DNA of 64,000 bases from Balanoglossus misakiensis (taxonomy: Eukaryota > Animalia > Hemichordata), in contig CM082578.2 of the NCBI GenBank assembly GCA_040954595.2, forward strand, positions 89,640-153,639, in the 5' to 3' direction. Every line of letters starts with the position of its first letter. Positions within the stretch are counted from its first letter, which is position 1. Made by a program: the position numbers and the translations under genes. The notes under the pieces were generated by a model. It ran no database searches. It saw nothing but the letters and a program-made list of their open reading frames with translations, and had not been told where the DNA came from. This document shows, piece after piece, positions 40,809 through 50,491 of this stretch.

Positions 40809-41529
40809 GGGACCGTTCAGTTTTTACGGCCGGGGCGGGGGGGGGGATCAAAATCTAGGGGGGTGACTTAAGTCCAAGAGGGGGGGGGGGTCATCTGTTT
40901 TTTTAAATGTTTAGGGGGGTCACATACTTTTGCCACCGAACTTTTGCTTTTGAGTACACAAAATTGCAGTTTCACGCCCTTTATTTTACAAAATTTTCTA
41001 ATGTGGGAGGGGGACACCAACCCCCTCCATTCTCCCCCACATTGCATTTATTCGCTGGTTTGTCTAGTGTACAGGGCAGACTTCTTCCCACCCTACCCCG
41101 ATGCTTCTTTTGAGTGGAGTGGCAAAATTAAAATTTGTCCTCCCTAACATTAAGTTAATTTGCTTTTGAGTTCATTAAAATGCAACTTTGAGCACTGTAT
41201 TTTACCAAATTTTCTTATGTGGGAGGGGGACACCCCCGCCACTTTTCTTTTTTTACCAATTCTACCAACTATTGTATTGGATTGTCATTTTAGTTTGTTC
41301 ATTTAATTTAATGTCTAATTGAGGCGAGAGGAGCCTCATTCCATTTATTGCATACAGTGTACATAGGTTCATGTTTTCGGCATGGGGGGGGGGGTCATCA
41401 TATTTTTGGGTCTGTCAAAGGGGGGTCATCATTTTTTGGTCCTTGGTGAAGGGGGGGTCGGCCTGATTTTGAAAATCGATGACACAAACTTGCCCCCCCC
41501 CCCCCTGGCCGTAAAAACTGAACGGTCCC
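40809..41529. mobile_element. PIF/Harbinger (Tourist-like) MITE, 721 bp
   Basis: 23-bp TIR GGGACCGTTCAGTTTTTACGGCC (40809-40831 and 41507-41529), flanked by direct TTA at 40806-40808 and 41530-41532. Internal G/C runs, no coding capacity. Confidence 0.92.
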
Positions 41530-41824
41530 TTATACTGTAAAGATTCTCATGTTATAAGGGTGGTAATTTCAATGACTCCTTTATGATGTTATATCTGGCA
41601 CTGTCTTTTATCTTTTTGTATGTGGTTGTATGTGTTTGCTTTGATTGTATTGGCGCATATACTGTAGTCTGTTATGTTTAGTGAAGATAAAGAGGAAATG
41701 CCTGATGGAAATAGATGAACTGGATTTTATGCAGAAATAATATGCATGTATTCTGTTGGATTCAGTGGCAAACATGTACACCTATAACCAGTAATGATAA
41801 TTTATATTATTTGCTTTCTTGCAG

Positions 41825-41850
41825 TTTTGTATAACCAAAGATATCCCAAG
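41825..41850 (+). other. Putative 26-nt non-coding micro-exon in the RepHel 5' leader
   Basis: TTTGCTTTCTTGCAG| acceptor and AAG|GTAAGT consensus donor are 26 nt apart. A downstream acceptor TTGATTTCAG| abuts the ATG at 42786. Confidence 0.55.
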
Positions 41851-42785
41851 GTAAGTGTGTCTGCCATGTGAAGAGACCTTCAGCATAATGCACTGCAGTA
41901 CAGTTCTGCATGTGATTCATTGCAGGTTACTTGTCATAACTCTGCTCTGACAGAGCTTATCAGATAAGACAATTGTTCATAGGTTGTCTGTCATGTGTCA
42001 ACACAAGTGTTCTGTTAAATAACTAGTGCAAATGTGTTTAAATTTTATATGCATGTTTGGCCTTAGTATAGTTTTTGGAAATTGTGAAATTTGGGTATAT
42101 AATTAAACCCTCTTAGTATCCAAGTGTCCAATTGCCTTGAAATGTACAGTCACTATGTGTAAATACAACAAATGCCATAATTTGAGTGGGAAATTTTTGC
42201 TGAGCTAAATTTCTTTAATCACGTCCTGTGTGAAAAAAATGTCTATAGTTTTGTTTGAGAATGGCACATGCTGTCTTACTACTTTGACTTTATTCTATGT
42301 GCATGAAGTCAACATATGTTGGAATAGTTTCTACAGAAATGTCTACTTGTCTTACCCAGATTGCAAACAAATATTTCAAAAAGGTAAATGAGAAGAAAGT
42401 GTGATCGGCTGAATCTATGAATCTCAAACTTGGCACAATTATGTGGGCCTATGTAATTTCATGCATAACACTCTTGAATTTTTAATTACTCACTGTAATT
42501 GTCAGCTTTGATTGGAATTTTCATATGGACCTTATTTATATTAAAATGTGGAATAAAAAATCTGTTGACAGTCCTTGTACACTACATGTACCGGTATATG
42601 GTCAGGATCCCACATGCCAAATTTCAAGGTTGTGGACCATGTCAACAGGTTTATCCGTGACCTTGACCTACCCATAGGCCTATACCTCTACAGTGAAGCT
42701 ATCACCACATTTTATTCTGGCATTCTGGTCTGTACAATAGTCCCGGACATTAAAATGTTAACAGTTATGTATTTATTGATTTCAG

Positions 42786-45700
42786 ATGCCACGCTCTAGG
42801 AACTGGAGGAAGAAGAGGAGTCAGATGAAAGAGGATGCTGCCCTCTCAAAAAACAGCTTCGATATGACAGAGGATGCTGCCCTCTCAAAAAACAGCTTCG
42901 ATATGACAGAGGATGCTGCCCTCTCAAAAAACAGCTTCGATATGACAGAGGATGCTGCCCTCTCAAAAAACAGCGACGTAATCAAAGAGGATGCTGCCCT
43001 CTATAATCTCAGCGACAATACCCTTCGGGGTGCCAGCCTTCGGTGTTCGAAGGATCAAAACTGTGAAACTTCCCTTCGGGGTTCAAACCTTCGGTGTTCG
43101 AAGGGTGAAAACTTTGAAACTTCCCTTCGGGGAACCAATGATTCTAGGGTACCTGCAAATGGTGACATTGTCACTTGTGTTAATGGAAATTTACAGATTG
43201 AGAAAGCAGTTGATATTGCACACAAGAGAAATGACAATGAATGTATTATTCAGAATGTTACCCCGAATGAATTTGTTTTCTCTCCTGTAACCACCACCAT
43301 ATGCCAAGAGTTATGCTGTAAGCTTCACATAAAATATGGAAATAAAGTTGAAATGCTCGATGAAATTCGTAGTGTTGAAATTGGTGAACCATGCAATATG
43401 AAGTCTATTATCGGTGATGGTAATTGTTTGTTTAGAGCTTTGTCGTATGCCATTAGTGGCAGTGAACGTAACCATGCTGTAATGCGACAGGCCATTGTAA
43501 ACCACATGATTGCAAATGACAGTGCATATTTTGGTTGGCTGGACCAAGACCAAGGATATACATCAGTTGCTGATTATATTGCAAAGTCTAGAATGAATTG
43601 CCTAACAATCTGGGGTTCCGAAAATGAGATCTTGGCCGCTGCCGATCTCTTACAAACTGACATCTATGTGTATAGTTCTGGAATATGGCTAAGACATTAT
43701 TGTAATGCAATTAATAAAAGTAATGTTGATAAAGGTGTAGGTATATACCTGAACCATCGCAACAGAGATCATTTTGAAATTGTCAAGAGTGTAAAGACAC
43801 GTGAGATGGTAACATCTGACTATACACACATTGAATGTGATGAACTTGTCTCAAGTGAAGGTATGACTAATGAATTCCACAATGAGGCAGATAGTGGCAG
43901 TTGTGTTCCACTAAAGAGTCCATTGGACAAGAAAGGAAATTTCCACTTAAGTGATGAAACTGAAAGTGTTACAAAAGGAAGAGGTAAGAGACCAGCAATG
44001 AGTGAACGATTACGAAAGAAAATCAGAAAACAAAAATATGAATGTAATGAGACCACTGCAAAGAGCTGCAGGGCAATATCTGAATCAGAATTGTACCACA
44101 GTAATTCTCAATATAGAGAGACAAAGAAGTTAAAAAGTAGACAGCATTATCATCAGATCCGAGAAAGTAAGAAACAAAAAATGAAAGATTTATATGAACA
44201 AAATGCCGACTATCGGGACGCCAAAAAGACACAGTCCAGGGTTAAATATGAACAAAATCCTGATTTTCGGGAAGCACAGAAGGCACGCATAAGAGTAAAT
44301 TACGAACAAAATCCTGATTTTCGGGAAGCACAGAAGGCACGCGTAAGAGTAAAATATGAACAAAATGCTGACTTTCGGGAAGCACATAAAGCACAAATGT
44401 CCCAACAAGTATCCCAAAAATATCACCAAGACGTAAACTTTCGTGAATCAAAGAAGACACAGAGTATTCAACGATATGAGAATGACCCTCATTACAAAGA
44501 TAATGCATTGAAGAGAAGCAGGTGTCAGATGATACAGAATGACATTGATAAGCAAAATGTTCAACATGTTATTGCTAATTTTAGAAATACTGCCTCAGAA
44601 GGTCCAAATTGTGTATGTTCAGTTTGTCATCGTCGACTTTTCAGGAAACAAGTAATTGTTTGCAACAAGGATAAATATTACAGTAACAGAATTACATCTG
44701 ATATTGCTGTGAAATGTATATCAGAAGAATATGTTCACAAATGTGCCTCGACATGTATGGCTGACTGCCCTCTCAAGAATAATGCAGCCAGTAAATTGTG
44801 GATTTGTTTCACATGCCATAGAAAACTTTTACGTGGAGAGATGCCAGTTCAAGCTGTTGCAAACAACCTTCATGTCACATCAGTCCCTCCTGAATTGAAA
44901 TGCCTCAACTCACTTGAGCAACATTTAATTGCATTAAATATTCCATTCATGAAAATGTTGGCATTACCTAAGGGTGGTCAGAATGGAGTTCATGGACCTG
45001 TAGTGTGTGTCCCTTCTGATATAAAGAAGGCTACAAATATTTTGCCACGGAATGAGTTTGATGATCAGATGATAAGGGTGAAATTGAAGCGAAAACTGAG
45101 TTATAAAGGTTACTATGAATATCAGTTTGTAAACAAACGACACATTCAGAATGCTTTGGAATACCTACAGACAAATAATCAGTATTACAGTGATATAACA
45201 TTCAATATGAATTGGAAAAATACTCTTGAAAAGACTGAAGAAGTTATTTCAGATGCTGAAAGCAAATCAGAAAAGTCTAACACCAAAAGCAATGATGAAA
45301 ACAATGAAAAGACCAAAGGAAATGTTTCAGATACTGAAAGTAATGATGTGTCATCAGACACAGAAGATAACAATGTGTCCAACAAAGATACTAATGGAAT
45401 ATTGATGGACACATGCCTCCAACCAATTGACATAGGTCAGGATATTCTTGATTATCACTTTGAGGATATATCTTGTGTTGCTCCAGCAGAGGGTAATAAA
45501 CCTGTTTGTCTGTTGATGGAAAAGTTGAATGAAGCTAAGTGCTTTCCTGTGCTATTCCCAACTGGGTCACCCACATTTCACGATGACCGAGAGGTTAGGA
45601 TAACAATAGGACGATACCTGCAAGGTCGTGTAATGAATGCAAGTAACAGATTTTCAAAAAGCACAGACTATATCTTTTATGCGCAATATCTGTCTGAAAT

Positions 45701-48700
45701 TAACCAGGTTGTATCCAATGTGTCAATTGCTTTGAGGAAAGGAACTGCTAATGCTTGTGGCAAAAAAGTGACATCGGATGTTTTAAGTGACAGTGAATCT
45801 TTGAAACAGATTTTGAAGTCTGATGAAGGCTATAAGTTTTTAAAACCTATAAGAGGAACTCCTCCTTATTGGCAAGCAACACAAAAAGACCTGTTTGCAA
45901 TGATCAGACAGTTGGGTATACCAACATGGTTTTGCTCATTTTCTGCTGCCGATTTACGGTGGAAAGAAGTTATTGAGACTATACTTCGTGGAGAAGGAGA
46001 TGTACGTAATGCTGAGGATCTTGAATGGTCTGAGAAATGTGCTATCTTGAGACGAAATCCTGTAACAGCAGCCAGAATGTTTGATCACAGATTTCATTGT
46101 TTTCTGAGAGAAGTCATCATGTCACCAGCCAATCCTATTGGAAATATCAAAGATTATTTTTATCGAGTCGAGTTTCAACAACGAGGCTCACCACATACAC
46201 ACTGCCTATTTTGGGTTGAAAATGCACCAAAGGTTGATAGAGATACTGATGAAGATGTAGTTGATTTTGTTGACAGATATGTAACATGTCAAATGCCTTC
46301 TGTTGAGGAGGATGAGGAATTGCAAGAGATTGTGAATAAAGTTCAGAAACACAGCTCAAGGCACTCCAAATCTTGCAAGAAAAAGGGCACTAGATGCAGA
46401 TTCAACTTTCCACGACCACCATCAAAGAAAACGTTCATATGCCGTCCTGATATAGATATAGAAATGACAGGTGAAGGTGAGAAGTCAAACCTTGATGACG
46501 ATAACGCAACACTTGAAGAGAAATGTCAAAGTGACACAACTCAGTTAATTGAGAATGTGATGAGCCAGATGGCTGCTAGGAATATTTTGGAAAAAGTGTG
46601 GACATGCCTGCATGACAAAGAGAAACAGATTGATTCGGTTGATGCACTGTTTAATGAAGTCAGCATTTCTCAGGAGATGTTTGAGAAAGCACATGCAATT
46701 TTAGCAAGAAAGACAAGTGTAGTATTAAAGCGTGAACCAAATGATGTTTGGGTAAACCAATACAATTCTAACCTTCTTCGTTGCTGGGATGCAAACATGG
46801 ACATTCAGTTTGTTGTGGATGCTTATGCCTGTGTTGTGTACATTGTGTCATATATCTCTAAGGCAGAGAGAGAAATGGGTTTACTGCTGGAAAATGCACA
46901 GAGAGAAGCAAACAAAGAGGGAAATGTGGATGCTAAATCTGCACTGAAACAATTAGGCAGTGTTTATCTGCACAACAGAGAAGTAAGTGCTCAAGAGGCT
47001 GTATATAGACTGTGTGGATTGAAACTGAAGCAATCATCTCGAAAAGTCCAGTTCATTCCAACTGGAGAAACCCCTATCAAAATGAGTTTGCCATTGAGTG
47101 TAATACGTAGCAAAATGACAGGAGATGATTTGAATGAGGATGATATCTGGTACAATAGCATTGTAGACAGATACAAGAACAGACCAAATGATGACGAGTT
47201 TGACGACATGTGTCTTGCGACATTTTGTTCAGAATATCGAATAGTGTCAAAATCAGAAGTGACAAATACCACCACTGAGAAACGTGCAAATCCAATAGTG
47301 AAGTTGGAAAATGGTGCAGGTTACATGCAAAAAAGATCTCGAACTGATCCAGCTGTCATTAGATATGCAAGATTTTCTGTGACCAAATTTCCAGAAAAGT
47401 ATTACCGCACTATGTTAGAACTCTTCTTGCCACACTGGGTTGATTCCCAATTGAAACCAAATGGGTTTGAAACATATGAAAATTTCTATTCTGCGGGTGC
47501 AGTGAAGTGTGGATCTGCTTCTATACAAACAGTGAAAGTCATAGTAGATGCAAATAAAGCAATGTTTGAGAAAGAGGCTGATGCCGTTGATTTAGCTGAA
47601 GAGCTCCTTGAAGGAAGTGGTCCTCTGGAGGACGCATGGGCCCAAATCTGTCCAGAAAGTGAAATAGACAGATTAGAATGCATTGATGAACGTCAACAAT
47701 TGCCTGATGATGATGTAAATGAGGAGGATATTCCAGATTTGGTGCACAAACCAAAAGGTGATTGCCACATAGAAATTTCTACCTCTGAAGTAAGGAGGGC
47801 TGATGTTCAAGCAATGTGTAGGTCACTGAACAGGAAACAGGCAGAAGTCTTTTATAATGTCAGACAGTGGTGTCTGGATAAAAGCAATGGCAAGAACCCA
47901 GAATCTTTGTATTTGTTTGTCAGTGGTGGTGCTGGCACAGGGAAAAGCCATTTAATCAAAACCATATATCATGAAGCCAAACGAATTCTATCTCGTGTAA
48001 TGGCTAACCCAGATGAAAAATCAATACAGGTAACAGCCTCAACTGGAGTTGCAGCATTTAATGTAGGAGGTGAAACTCTCCATCATGCATTTTCAATAGC
48101 AGTAGACTCAAAACTACCATATGAGCCACTACGTGAAGAAAAACTCAACACTCTTCGTTCCAAATTGGGAAATCTTCAGATTTTAATAATAGATGAGATT
48201 TCTATGGTAGACAGAAAATTATTTCACTACGTACATGGACGATTACGTCAAATCAAACAAACACCAAGTGGTTCACCATTTGGAAATGTGTGTGTTATTG
48301 CTGTGGGCGACTTTTATCAGCTGCCACCTGTGAAAGCAAGTCCACTGTGTGTGGAAAATGATGCCATCAATATGTGGAATAATTTCAAAATTGTGGAACT
48401 CACTGAAATAATGAGACAAAAGGACTGTGCATTTGCAGAAGCACTAAATAGAGTAAGAATTCACAAGAAAGGGCACACACTGAGTGCAAATGATCTAGAA
48501 ATGTTCAATAACTGTGTGACTGGTGAAGCATCTGAGGCAATTCACATTTTTGCTACAAATGCAGAAGTTAACAATTGCAATATCACAATGCTACATTCCT
48601 TGTGCTCTGATCCTGTATGTATTGAAGCACAAGATTTTAGTAAGAATACTAAGACTGGGAAACTCCAAAGAAAGGAAGGCCATCATGCCAAGGTCTATAG

Positions 48701-49907
48701 GACCACTTTACCAAAGACTCTCACTCTAGCTAAGGGTGCACGAGTGCAACTGACACAAAATATTGATGTCTCTGATGGATTGGTGAATGGTGTATTTGGA
48801 TCAGTATGTCACATTGATGTGAAACCAAATGAAAGCTTTCCAACTGCTGTTTATGTTGTATTTGACAATGTGAAAGTTGGCCAAGGATTGCGAAACAAGA
48901 ACCGTGTAAATATATCTGACCTTCCTGAAAACACCACCCGTATAGAACCTCAGGAAATGTCTGTTGCAAGTAATGGTGGTATTAGGAGACAATTTCCTCT
49001 GAAACTAGCATGGGCATGTACAGTGCATAAGGTACAGGGATTAACAGTTGAAAAAGCTGTTGTCAGTTTAAAGAAGATATTTGCACCAGGACAGGCATAT
49101 GTTGCATTGAGTCGAGTGACATCATTAGATGGGCTAATAATTGATGAATTTAAGACATCTTCTATATATTGCAATGAAAAGGTTCAAGCAGCCTTGGAAA
49201 TGATGCCAAAGTTTGTTGATGGGTGCTTTGAGCAATTACAGCCAAACTATAGATGCTCTTTTATACTTCATAATGTTGAAGGTCTTCTGAACCACATGGA
49301 AGATATTCGTAGTGGCAAGGAATACTTGGAGTCAGACTTTATTTGTTTGACGGAAACATGGCTAACTGAGAACCAGACAAAATGTGATGTGATAGTGAAT
49401 GGATTTGAATTCAGTCACAAGCCTCGGTCAAAATCGTATAACAACTTTGATATGAATACTTCACAGTTGCAGTTGCAACATCATGGTGGTGTTGGCCTCT
49501 ACGTCAAAGGAAGTCAATCTGTTGAAATTTTGGATTTGCCTGTTAGTAACTTGGAATATCTTACATTTTATGTCAAAGACATCAATACGGTGGTAGCAGT
49601 AATTTACAGACCATCATCCTATAAAGCAGTCGCATTCAGGAAAAACCTTCTTCTGTTGGTGAAGGAAATGTCAAAGTATTCAGGTGCTACAGTGATCATG
49701 GGTGATTTCAATGAAAATATTTTAACCTCATCATCTCTTGTGAAACTCATGCAAGACCATGGTTTCAAACAACACGTGAGCAAACCAACCACAGAAGCTG
49801 GTACATTGATTGACCATGTGTATGTGAAAGGAGCAGGAAAGGTGGAAGTTGGCATTGTGCCAAAGTACTTCAGTTTTCATGAAGCCATCAGCATTAAGAT
49901 CTATTGA
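42786..49907 (+). CDS. Helentron RepHel transposase, 2373 aa: OTU cysteine protease, Zn-finger, HUH/Y2 Rep, PIF1-family SF1B helicase, C-terminal AP-like (EEP) endonuclease
   Basis: OTU: GDGNCLFRALS..WG..EI..AA..HFE. Cys cluster: CSVCHR..CFTCHR. Rep: FSAAD, FYRVEFQQRGSPHTH (Helentron-type RGSPH), YIVSYISKAE. Helicase: GGAGTGKS, IIDEISM, GDFYQLPPV, MRQ, QFPLKLAWACTVHKVQGLT, GQAYVALSR. EEP: HNVEGL, LTETWL, YRP, MGDFN, IDHVY, SFH. The frame is uninterrupted. Confidence 0.97.
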   Translation: MPRSRNWRKKRSQMKEDAALSKNSFDMTEDAALSKNSFDMTEDAALSKNSFDMTEDAALSKNSDVIKEDAALYNLSDNTLRGASLRCSKDQNCETSLRGSNLRCSKGENFETSLRGTNDSRVPANGDIVTCVNGNLQIEKAVDIAHKRNDNECIIQNVTPNEFVFSPVTTTICQELCCKLHIKYGNKVEMLDEIRSVEIGEPCNMKSIIGDGNCLFRALSYAISGSERNHAVMRQAIVNHMIANDSAYFGWLDQDQGYTSVADYIAKSRMNCLTIWGSENEILAAADLLQTDIYVYSSGIWLRHYCNAINKSNVDKGVGIYLNHRNRDHFEIVKSVKTREMVTSDYTHIECDELVSSEGMTNEFHNEADSGSCVPLKSPLDKKGNFHLSDETESVTKGRGKRPAMSERLRKKIRKQKYECNETTAKSCRAISESELYHSNSQYRETKKLKSRQHYHQIRESKKQKMKDLYEQNADYRDAKKTQSRVKYEQNPDFREAQKARIRVNYEQNPDFREAQKARVRVKYEQNADFREAHKAQMSQQVSQKYHQDVNFRESKKTQSIQRYENDPHYKDNALKRSRCQMIQNDIDKQNVQHVIANFRNTASEGPNCVCSVCHRRLFRKQVIVCNKDKYYSNRITSDIAVKCISEEYVHKCASTCMADCPLKNNAASKLWICFTCHRKLLRGEMPVQAVANNLHVTSVPPELKCLNSLEQHLIALNIPFMKMLALPKGGQNGVHGPVVCVPSDIKKATNILPRNEFDDQMIRVKLKRKLSYKGYYEYQFVNKRHIQNALEYLQTNNQYYSDITFNMNWKNTLEKTEEVISDAESKSEKSNTKSNDENNEKTKGNVSDTESNDVSSDTEDNNVSNKDTNGILMDTCLQPIDIGQDILDYHFEDISCVAPAEGNKPVCLLMEKLNEAKCFPVLFPTGSPTFHDDREVRITIGRYLQGRVMNASNRFSKSTDYIFYAQYLSEINQVVSNVSIALRKGTANACGKKVTSDVLSDSESLKQILKSDEGYKFLKPIRGTPPYWQATQKDLFAMIRQLGIPTWFCSFSAADLRWKEVIETILRGEGDVRNAEDLEWSEKCAILRRNPVTAARMFDHRFHCFLREVIMSPANPIGNIKDYFYRVEFQQRGSPHTHCLFWVENAPKVDRDTDEDVVDFVDRYVTCQMPSVEEDEELQEIVNKVQKHSSRHSKSCKKKGTRCRFNFPRPPSKKTFICRPDIDIEMTGEGEKSNLDDDNATLEEKCQSDTTQLIENVMSQMAARNILEKVWTCLHDKEKQIDSVDALFNEVSISQEMFEKAHAILARKTSVVLKREPNDVWVNQYNSNLLRCWDANMDIQFVVDAYACVVYIVSYISKAEREMGLLLENAQREANKEGNVDAKSALKQLGSVYLHNREVSAQEAVYRLCGLKLKQSSRKVQFIPTGETPIKMSLPLSVIRSKMTGDDLNEDDIWYNSIVDRYKNRPNDDEFDDMCLATFCSEYRIVSKSEVTNTTTEKRANPIVKLENGAGYMQKRSRTDPAVIRYARFSVTKFPEKYYRTMLELFLPHWVDSQLKPNGFETYENFYSAGAVKCGSASIQTVKVIVDANKAMFEKEADAVDLAEELLEGSGPLEDAWAQICPESEIDRLECIDERQQLPDDDVNEEDIPDLVHKPKGDCHIEISTSEVRRADVQAMCRSLNRKQAEVFYNVRQWCLDKSNGKNPESLYLFVSGGAGTGKSHLIKTIYHEAKRILSRVMANPDEKSIQVTASTGVAAFNVGGETLHHAFSIAVDSKLPYEPLREEKLNTLRSKLGNLQILIIDEISMVDRKLFHYVHGRLRQIKQTPSGSPFGNVCVIAVGDFYQLPPVKASPLCVENDAINMWNNFKIVELTEIMRQKDCAFAEALNRVRIHKKGHTLSANDLEMFNNCVTGEASEAIHIFATNAEVNNCNITMLHSLCSDPVCIEAQDFSKNTKTGKLQRKEGHHAKVYRTTLPKTLTLAKGARVQLTQNIDVSDGLVNGVFGSVCHIDVKPNESFPTAVYVVFDNVKVGQGLRNKNRVNISDLPENTTRIEPQEMSVASNGGIRRQFPLKLAWACTVHKVQGLTVEKAVVSLKKIFAPGQAYVALSRVTSLDGLIIDEFKTSSIYCNEKVQAALEMMPKFVDGCFEQLQPNYRCSFILHNVEGLLNHMEDIRSGKEYLESDFICLTETWLTENQTKCDVIVNGFEFSHKPRSKSYNNFDMNTSQLQLQHHGGVGLYVKGSQSVEILDLPVSNLEYLTFYVKDINTVVAVIYRPSSYKAVAFRKNLLLLVKEMSKYSGATVIMGDFNENILTSSSLVKLMQDHGFKQHVSKPTTEAGTLIDHVYVKGAGKVEVGIVPKYFSFHEAISIKIY
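42831..43135 (+). repeat. Coding minisatellites at the RepHel N-terminus: 39-bp (x~4.5) then 51-bp (x~2.3)
   Basis: GAGGATGCTGCCCTCT at 42831, 42870, 42909, 42948 and 42987 (EDAALSKNSFDMT). CCCTTCGGGG at 43021, 43072 and 43123. Confidence 0.9.
44193..44490 (+). repeat. Coding 54-bp (18-aa) charged repeat YEQNxDFREAxKxxxRVK
   Basis: TA(T/C)GAACAAAAT at 44193, 44247, 44301 and 44355, plus degenerate copies. Confidence 0.88.
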
Positions 49908-49939
49908 AAGACTCATTGTAATATCTACAATGTTCAACC

Positions 49940-50341
49940 AAACATGGTGATCTGAGAAGCAAATTTAATACAAGTGAGGTACCAGTGAATGGATTGAAAT
50001 TCAATCACCAGCCTCTGTGCAAATCATTAATACGGTGGTAGCAGTAATTTAAGACCACCATCATATAAAGCAGAGGTGTTCAGGAAAAACTTACTTCTGT
50101 TGATGAAAGGAAATGTAAATGTATCCAGGTGCTTCAGTGATCATGGGTGACATCAATGAAAATATTTAAATCATCTCTTGTCAATGTAATGCAAGACCTT
50201 GGTTTCAAGCAACATTTGAGCAATCTAACTACAGAAGCTTGTACATTGATTGACCATGTGTATGTGAAAGGAACAGAAAATATTGGAGTTGAAATACTGC
50301 CAAAGTACTTCAGTTTTCATTAAGCCATCAGCATTAACATC
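49940..50341 (+). pseudogene. Decayed tandem duplicate of the endonuclease-coding 3' end of RepHel
   Basis: GTGAATGGATT..AATACGGTGGTAGCAGTAATTTA..GTGATCATGGGTGA..GTACATTGATTGACCATGTGTATGTGAAAGGA..CCAAAGTACTTCAGTTTTCAT parallels ~49354-49901, with a ~145-bp deletion, indels and stops. Confidence 0.92.
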
Positions 50342-50491
50342 ATTAAGGCATTATGCATATAGTAATTAAAACCCGTGTTACATACAACTGGTATTGGGGA
50401 GGGATAATGGGGTTTGAGACTTACGGGTCCCCATTTGGGAATTGTTGGGGTGGGGGTGGGGGGTTGTAAACAAATTAATATGTTACTCTTA

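Noticed and set aside
42991-49937. Many short ORFs overlapping RepHel
   Set aside because: Antisense or alternate-frame shadows with no recognisable motifs.
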